Source: an uncultured Hormoscilla sp. (lineage in GTDB: Bacteria; Cyanobacteriota; Cyanobacteriia; Cyanobacteriales; Desertifilaceae). Taken from it: a stretch of 31,420 nt of DNA. The notes beneath the pieces are model-generated. The model was not told where the DNA came from. It worked only from the letters and a program-made list of their open reading frames with translations, and made no database searches. Of this stretch, positions 24,583 through 31,420 are shown in pieces. The stretch lies in assembly GCA_963921275.4 (NCBI GenBank), contig CAWUFA030000002.1, forward strand, positions 1-31,420. Reading direction: 5' to 3'. How positions within the stretch are numbered: the first letter of the stretch is position 1; every line of letters starts with the position of its first letter. The translations under genes and the position numbers were made by a program.

Positions 24583-24639
24583 TAAAACCCAAAAACTTTA
24601 CTATGCAAAAGTAATATTTTAATATTAAAATAAGGTTTT
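24583..24639 (-). tRNA. trnA: tRNA-Ala(UGC), copy 2
   Basis: Copy of 9600-9656. Confidence 0.85.
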
Positions 24640-24763
24640 AAGTATTTATTGAATTATAAATGATAAAAATTTTAATAAAATATATATTTATATAGATTTT
24701 TAATAATAAATTATTTAAAAATAAATTTAATAAAGAAAGGATGTGTTAAAAAAAAAGGAAATA

Positions 24764-25729
<966 letters not shown>

Positions 25730-25802
25730 GTATATATTAAATTAATAAGATAATTTAAATAACATTATTAACTATCATTTTATTTTTTTAATTAAATTAT
25801 AT

Positions 25803-25871
25803 TGTAAAAAAAATTAAAAAATTTATCTATTTTTTTTCAAAAAATTATTTTTATATTTATACTATTTTTAC
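25803..25871 (-). tRNA. trnF: tRNA-Phe(GAA), copy 2
   Basis: Copy of 10820-10888. Confidence 0.8.
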
Positions 25872-25939
25872 AGACACTCTTATTTAAGAGTTTTTAGGAT
25901 CATGAGACCTATAACTTATTAATATTAGTTTATATCTAA
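25872..25939 (-). tRNA. trnM: tRNA-Met(CAU), copy 2
   Basis: Copy of 10889-10956. Confidence 0.9.
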
Positions 25940-26001
25940 TTCAATAAATTTTTTATAATTAACAGTTATAATGTAATAAAATTTTTATATACTATATTGA
26001 T
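25940..26001 (-). tRNA. trnN: tRNA-Asn(GUU), copy 2
   Basis: Copy of 10957-11018. Confidence 0.85.
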
Positions 26002-27086
26002 TAAAAAATACATAAAATAAATAATAAAAAAAAATAAAAAAAACCTCTTAATTGTGATAAATAATTAAAAATATCTTTTACAACACATCTTCTTAATCAA
26101 GTTAATAAAAAAAAATTAAACACTCATAATCAAAAAAAAAACTGATAGAAAAAAGTAATTTTTAAATTTTTAGTTAAAAAAGGTATTAGAAAGAAAACTA
26201 AAATAGAAAATAGTAAAGCTAAAACTCTAAATAATTTATTAGGAATGCAACGTAAAATAGCATAAGCAAATAAAAAATATCATTCAGGCTTAATATGATC
26301 TGGAGTAGTTAAAAAATTAGCCTTTATATAATTATCTGGATCTGAGAAAATGTCTGAAAAAAAAAAGACAATGAAAAAAAAAAAAAAAAATAAAAAGAAA
26401 AACCTTAAAATATCTTTAATTCTAAAAAAAGGTCAAAAATCAATTTTGATACTACTAAAAAATCTAAGAGGATTTCTTGATCTTCTTCTAGAATGAATAT
26501 AAAATAAATGTAAAAAAGAGAATAATACAATAATTAGTGGGAAAATAAAATGAAAAGTATAAAATCGAGTAAGTGTTGGAGGTCTTACAGAATATCTCCC
26601 TCATAATCAAAATACTATATTTTTTCTAAAATAAGGAATAGAAGAAATTATATTAGTAATAACAGTAGCTCTTCAAAAACTTATTTGTCTTCAAGGTAAT
26701 ACATATCTTAAGAAGGCAGTTAACATAGATAATATTAACAAAATTACTCTAATTATTCATGCTATTAAATTAGAATATCGCTTATAATAAACACCACGTA
26801 TTACATGAAGATAAATTAAACAAACAAAAAAACTAGCTCTATTTATGTGAATATAACGAATAATTCATCTTCCATTAATATTTGTAACGATGTGATTAAT
26901 TGAATTAAAAGATAAATTAATATCAGAAATATAATGTATTGTTAAAAATAATCTTGATAAAATTTGAATTATAAGGAAAAAACCCACACAAGAACCAAAG
27001 TTTCAAAAATAAGAAATATTAATAGGTGTAGGTAAGCGAGAAAGGGAGTTATAAATTGGTTTAATGATATAATTATTACGAAACAA
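26001..27086 (-). CDS. cob: Cytochrome b, copy 2
   Basis: Copy of 11018-12103. Confidence 0.97.
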
Positions 27087-27148
27087 AGTGTATATTTTAT
27101 TAATATTTTAAACTTTGAAGGTTTATAGTTTATTTAACTTAAAACACT
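27087..27148 (-). tRNA. trnW: tRNA-Trp(UCA), copy 2
   Basis: Copy of 12104-12165. Confidence 0.88.
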
Positions 27149-27766
27149 AATTTTATTATCTAGTATATCTTTTTAGATAAACTACCTTGTTACGCCTTAA
27201 TAATAAATTAATAATATTTGGCGGGCGGTGAGTACTCTTTTTTATTTCATAAAATTTTTTTTTTATTACTTATAAGTTCTCTTTTTTTTTTCCTTTTTAA
27301 TTTTTTAACTTGAACCTCATTAAGTTGATTAACAAAGGTGCATGGTGACCTATCTTTTTTTTTTTAAAAAAAAGTTTTTTTATTTTAAAAAAACTAGATG
27401 GACATACACAACCTATAATTAAACTAAAAATAACGGGGATCATCATATTAAACCACAAGGCTCCCTATTATTTTTACCGTCTAGTGTTTTAATTTTTATC
27501 TTCTCCTTTACTAATTTAATACACGGGTATCAAATCCGTTTTTTTTTTATTAAAAAAATTAAACATTTGTTTTTTTTCTATATTAAACAATATTTTTAAA
27601 AAAACTTATTTCAATAGTGTAACCGCAGCTGCTGGCACTATTTTTGCCGAAATTAAAGCTGAGTAAAATATATTATAGCTCAAAAATATATATTAATAAA
27701 TATTTTAGACTTCAAATTATATATATACAGCTATATCAATGTTTTTTTAAACCATCACAAAATTTA
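27149..27766 (-). rRNA. rrnS: Small subunit rRNA, copy 2
   Basis: Copy of 12166-12783. Confidence 0.93.
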
Positions 27767-27823
27767 CAAAAGTGTGTATTTTATGATACTATTTCAAATT
27801 AGCAATTTGTTTTTTTCACTTTT
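27767..27823 (-). tRNA. trnS1: tRNA-Ser(GCU), copy 2
   Basis: Copy of 12784-12840. Confidence 0.87.
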
Positions 27824-27875
27824 TTGCTGTATTAATAGTATACTTATTATAAAGTTACGATATTATTGTGTAAAA

Positions 27876-28769
27876 TTATAAAATGAAAAATAATATAAAT
27901 ATTGTAACTAAAGGTAATATAATTTTTCATGTTAAAAAAATCAAGTCAAAAAATTTATAACGAGGCAAAGTTGCTCGAATGTGAATAACTATTATAATCA
28001 AACAACAAACTATTATAAAAAAAAATAAAAAATAGCCGAAAAAAATAATAGAAGTTAAAAAAGATATAAATCAAATACTTATATATTCAGATAAAAAAAG
28101 TAAAGTAAACCTAGTTCTTGAATATTCAACATTATATCTTCTCACTAATTCTGATTCTCTTTCTACTAAATCAAAAGGTGTTCGATTTAGTTCTGCAGAA
28201 AAGATTACTGTCCAAAAGAAAAAAAAAAAAAAAAAAAAAAAATTTTTGAAAAAATCAATATTAAAAAATAAAAAAACACCTCATGAAAAAGAATTAAACT
28301 TTAAAACAAATATAAAAATAAAAAAACCTATTACAATTTCATATGAAATTATTTGAGCTACTGCTCGAATTCTTCTCACTATAGAATATGTATTACTAGA
28401 ACCTCACCCAGCTCAAATTAAGGCATAAACTAAAACGCTTCTAAATAATAAAGTAATTACTACTGAACACTCTAAGAAACTGAAATTATAAAAAATAACA
28501 AAAAAAAATCAACTTAAAATTGATAAACAAAATCTATACAATGGAGATATTAGAAAAAAAAAAATTCGCATATTAGGTGTGTTCAAATATTTTTTTAAAA
28601 TCAATTTTATTCTATCTGAAATAGTTTGAAGACACCTAAACCATCTCACTATGTTTGGTCTTTTTCGTTTTTGATCTAATCTTAAAAAATTACGCTCCAA
28701 TAATACTAAAAAAGCTACTAATAATAAAATTATTAAAATAAAAAAAAAAGAAAATAAAACTTTAAACAA
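27876..28769 (-). CDS. nad1: NADH dehydrogenase subunit 1, copy 2
   Basis: Copy of 12893-13786. Confidence 0.95.
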
Positions 28770-29042
28770 TTAATAAAAAAAAATAAAATTATATAAAAAT
28801 ACATAAATACTAAATATAGATATTTATTTATGTTTAAATATTTATATATATATATATATAAATAAATATATATGTATTTATATATTATGTGTTTATTTAT
28901 AATTTAAATTATATGAGCATATATACTTAATTTTATATAATTTTATTTTAAAAATTACATTCTATATTTATATAATATTATTTATTTTTTATAAATATAT
29001 TTTTATATTAATATAAATTTTAAAGTAATTAATAAGAAGTAA
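28770..29042. promoter_or_regulatory. AT-rich non-coding region, copy 2
   Basis: Copy of 13787-14059. Confidence 0.45.
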
Positions 29043-29106
29043 TGAAAGAACAATTAAATAAGATCTGAATTTTAGAAGAATTCCATTTTTTTTAAACTAT
29101 TCCTTT
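29043..29106 (-). tRNA. trnG2: tRNA-Gly(UCU), copy 2
   Basis: Copy of 14060-14123. Confidence 0.87.
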
Positions 29107-29173
29107 TTTAAAAGGAACATAATCTTCTTCATATTAAAAATATAATGCTTAAATTATTAAAAGCTTCTTTTAA
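29107..29173 (-). tRNA. trnK: tRNA-Lys(UUU), copy 2
   Basis: Copy of 14124-14190. Confidence 0.85.
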
Positions 29174-29182
29174 AACAATAAA

Positions 29183-29246
29183 TACATTAGGGTATTTAAA
29201 CCATTAAAAATTTTACAAATTTCCACTTTTTTCAGACACTTAATGT
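29183..29246 (-). tRNA. trnY: tRNA-Tyr(GUA), copy 2
   Basis: Copy of 14200-14263. Confidence 0.83.
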
Positions 29247-29490
29247 AAAAAAATTTTAAAAAAATATTTCTTTTATTTTTTATATATGTCATAATTAAAC
29301 TAAAAATAAAAACACCCTCTGAAGCAGTTAATACTATAAAAAAAAAAATTATGTTTATTTCTTTAATATAAAAAAAGAAAATAAAAATAACAACTAATAA
29401 ATATATAAACTCTAGAAAAATTACCAATTTTAAAAAATTTATTTTTCTAAAAAAAAAAAAAATTACATAAATAAAAAATAAAAAAAACAC
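29247..29490 (-). CDS. nad4L: NADH dehydrogenase subunit 4L, copy 2
   Basis: Copy of 14264-14507. Confidence 0.82.
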
Positions 29491-29492
29491 TA

Positions 29493-29553
29493 ATATAAAA
29501 TCTAATAGAAACTTCATTTTACAAAAACGATATTTTTTTTAAACTATATTATA
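29493..29553 (-). tRNA. trnT: tRNA-Thr(UGU), copy 2
   Basis: Copy of 14510-14570. Confidence 0.82.
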
Positions 29554-29643
29554 TGATTAAAAATTTTATAATTAATTTATTTTAATTATAAATAATAATG
29601 ATCCCTTTTATTTAATTTTAAAAATAAATATTATTAATATAAA

Positions 29644-30102
29644 TTAATATTGTTTTTCTAAAGATATATTAACAGATATAAACAAAACTATAATTAAAAA
29701 GAAAACTCTTAAAAAAAGAAATAAAATTCTATAATTAGTTATTAATCTACTATAATCTAAGGACTTATTTAAATTAAAATAAATTAAATTTATTTTAGAT
29801 TTTAATATTATAATAAGATAAAAAAAAAAAATATAGTTTAATCGGGATTTTTTATTAAAAAAAAAAAAAGTGCTTATTAATATTCTATAACTAAAAAAAA
29901 GAAGTAATCTTCTTAAATATAAAATTCTTATTAAACACACAAAAAAACTATGTCTTAAAAAAAATACAAAAAATAATAATCATAAAAAAAGAAAAAAAAT
30001 AAGAAAAAAAATTGTATAAAAATTTTCCTCACAAAAAATAATTTGAAATAAAAAAAAAAAAAGAATAAAAAAAAAAAAATCTAATGAAAAAAAAAAAATC
30101 AT
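29644..30102 (-). CDS. nad6: NADH dehydrogenase subunit 6, second complete copy
   Basis: Copy of 14661-15119. Confidence 0.9.
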
Positions 30103-30103
30103 A

Positions 30104-30174
30104 TAAGAGGTATCATTATTATAATAATTTCTGTTAAACCGAAAATAACTATTTTAAATATAAAATAAACTCTT
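30104..30174 (-). tRNA. trnR: tRNA-Arg(UCG), copy 3
   Basis: Copy of 128-198. Confidence 0.8.
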
Positions 30175-30176
30175 AA

Positions 30177-30239
30177 TATCGACTTAATTTCTTACTTTAG
30201 ACAAAAATATGAATTATTATAAATATATTCTATATCGAT
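30177..30239 (-). tRNA. trnD: tRNA-Asp(GUC), copy 3
   Basis: Copy of 201-263. Confidence 0.85.
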
Positions 30240-30296
30240 AGAAAAATAATTTTTCTTAATTATCACAAAATTAAATTTTACATAAACTACTAAAAA
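30240..30296 (-). tRNA. trnH: tRNA-His(GUG), copy 3
   Basis: Copy of 264-320. Confidence 0.8.
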
Positions 30297-30364
30297 TAAA
30301 GGTGATTATTATATCACATATTTAGTTTTATCAAAACAATTCGTTTATAATCCGACACTTTAAA
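30297..30364 (-). tRNA. trnI: tRNA-Ile(GAU), copy 3
   Basis: Copy of 321-388. Confidence 0.85.
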
Positions 30365-30423
30365 AATCACTTTTTGAAGATTTTTAATTTGGAAAATTAA
30401 AGTATTTTTTATACTACAATTAA
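30365..30423 (-). tRNA. trnG: tRNA-Gly(UCC), copy 3
   Basis: Copy of 389-447. Confidence 0.88.
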
Positions 30424-31420
30424 AAAATAAATAAAATAAAATCCTTTCGTACTATTATTTTATATTTATCAAAGAAAAAAAACCAAACTAAATTACTCCG
30501 TTCTAAACCCAACTCACGTAAAATTTTAAATGAGGAACAATCATTATTATTTTAAATACTGCCCCAAAAAAATATTTTGAGCCGACATCGAGGTCGTAAA
30601 TAAATAAATTAATATGTTCTCTTTTTATTTATTGCGCTGTTATCCCTAGGGTTAATTTATTTTCTTTTTAAAGGTTTAAAATTAGTATTTATATTAATAA
30701 AAAAAAAAATAATTGTTTATTTTTTAACTATCACTGCCCCAGTCAAGTTTTTTAAAAAAATTTTTTTTAATAAACCTAAATTACCAAGGGTCTTTTCTTT
30801 CTTTTAAAAAGTAATAGCTTATTTAACTATTAAAGTATTTTCATTTTTAAAAAATAAAAAAAAAAAAATATTTTTCATAAATATATTCTTTTAAAAATAT
30901 ACCATATGTAAAAAAAAAATTAATCTTTTCTTAAAATACTTTAAAATAAAAATCTATAAAGTAAGTGTTTAGTAAACTTTTAAATTTTTTTTCTAGTCAT
31001 TTATTTTTTTTTTATTCATAATGTGATATATTTAAAATATTAATATTAGTGCAAAAAATTACTCATATATACCATTTTTTTAATATTTATTAATAAGTAA
31101 TAATATATAAAAAAAATAAAAAAAAGTTTTTATACTTCAAAAACACTTTAAATAAAAAGTTTATATTATATTTTGTAAATTTTCCATAAAATCTTATTAA
31201 ATTAAAAGCTGACCCTTTAAAATATAATAAAAAATTTTTATTTAATATATTTCAATATTAAATATATATTTAAACTCAAAATAGTACATAAAAAAGAAAA
31301 TCGAGTATTTTCGATAAAAAAAATTTTTTTTTAATTTTTTTGTATATCCATTTCCAAAAAGGAAAATTTAATATAATGATTAAAAAATAAAAGATTCACA
31401 TCTTTTTATTTATTAAAATA
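30424..31420 (-). rRNA. rrnL: Large subunit rRNA, copy 3 (5' cut by window end, 45-bp internal deletion)
   Basis: Same LSU motifs as 448-1514. Confidence 0.88.

Larger units (their letters stand above)
29977..31420. repeat. Partial third mitogenome copy (equivalent to 1-1489 minus 45 bp)
   Basis: Matches 1-1301 at offset 29976, then 1347-1489. Confidence 0.95.

Overview
About 2.1 head-to-tail copies of an extremely AT-rich animal mitochondrial genome: copy 1 = 1-14993, copy 2 = 14994-29976, partial copy 3 = 29977-31420. Every gene is on the minus strand. The genes only translate sensibly with the ascidian mitochondrial code (table 13: AGA/AGG=Gly, TGA=Trp, ATA=Met), so the source is a tunicate, most likely an ascidian. 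The supplied standard-code ORF track therefore fragments the genes at TGA and mis-sets several ends. Manual reading gives 13 protein genes, rrnL, rrnS and the full ascidian set of 24 tRNAs, including tRNA-Gly(UCU) and tRNA-Met(UAU). There is also a G/C-free 9/19-bp tandem array fused to the nad5 3' end and an AT-rich non-coding region. Coding-strand order: cox1-S2-cox3-atp8-Q-L1-nad5-[array]-E-rrnL-G(UCC)-I-H-D-R-nad6-T-nad4L-Y-K-G(UCU)-NCR-nad1-S1-rrnS-W-cob-N-M(CAU)-F-nad2-A-atp6-P-nad4-M(UAU)-L2-C-V-cox2-nad3. Most interesting: five tRNA genes (Gly-UCC, Ile, His, Gln, Met-CAU) are cut short at the 3' acceptor strand exactly where the next tRNA starts, and every missing paired base would have to be A. 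This suggests systematic 3' repair of tRNAs by polyadenylation (inference). All tRNA folds were done by eye; rRNA ends are inferred from flanking genes.
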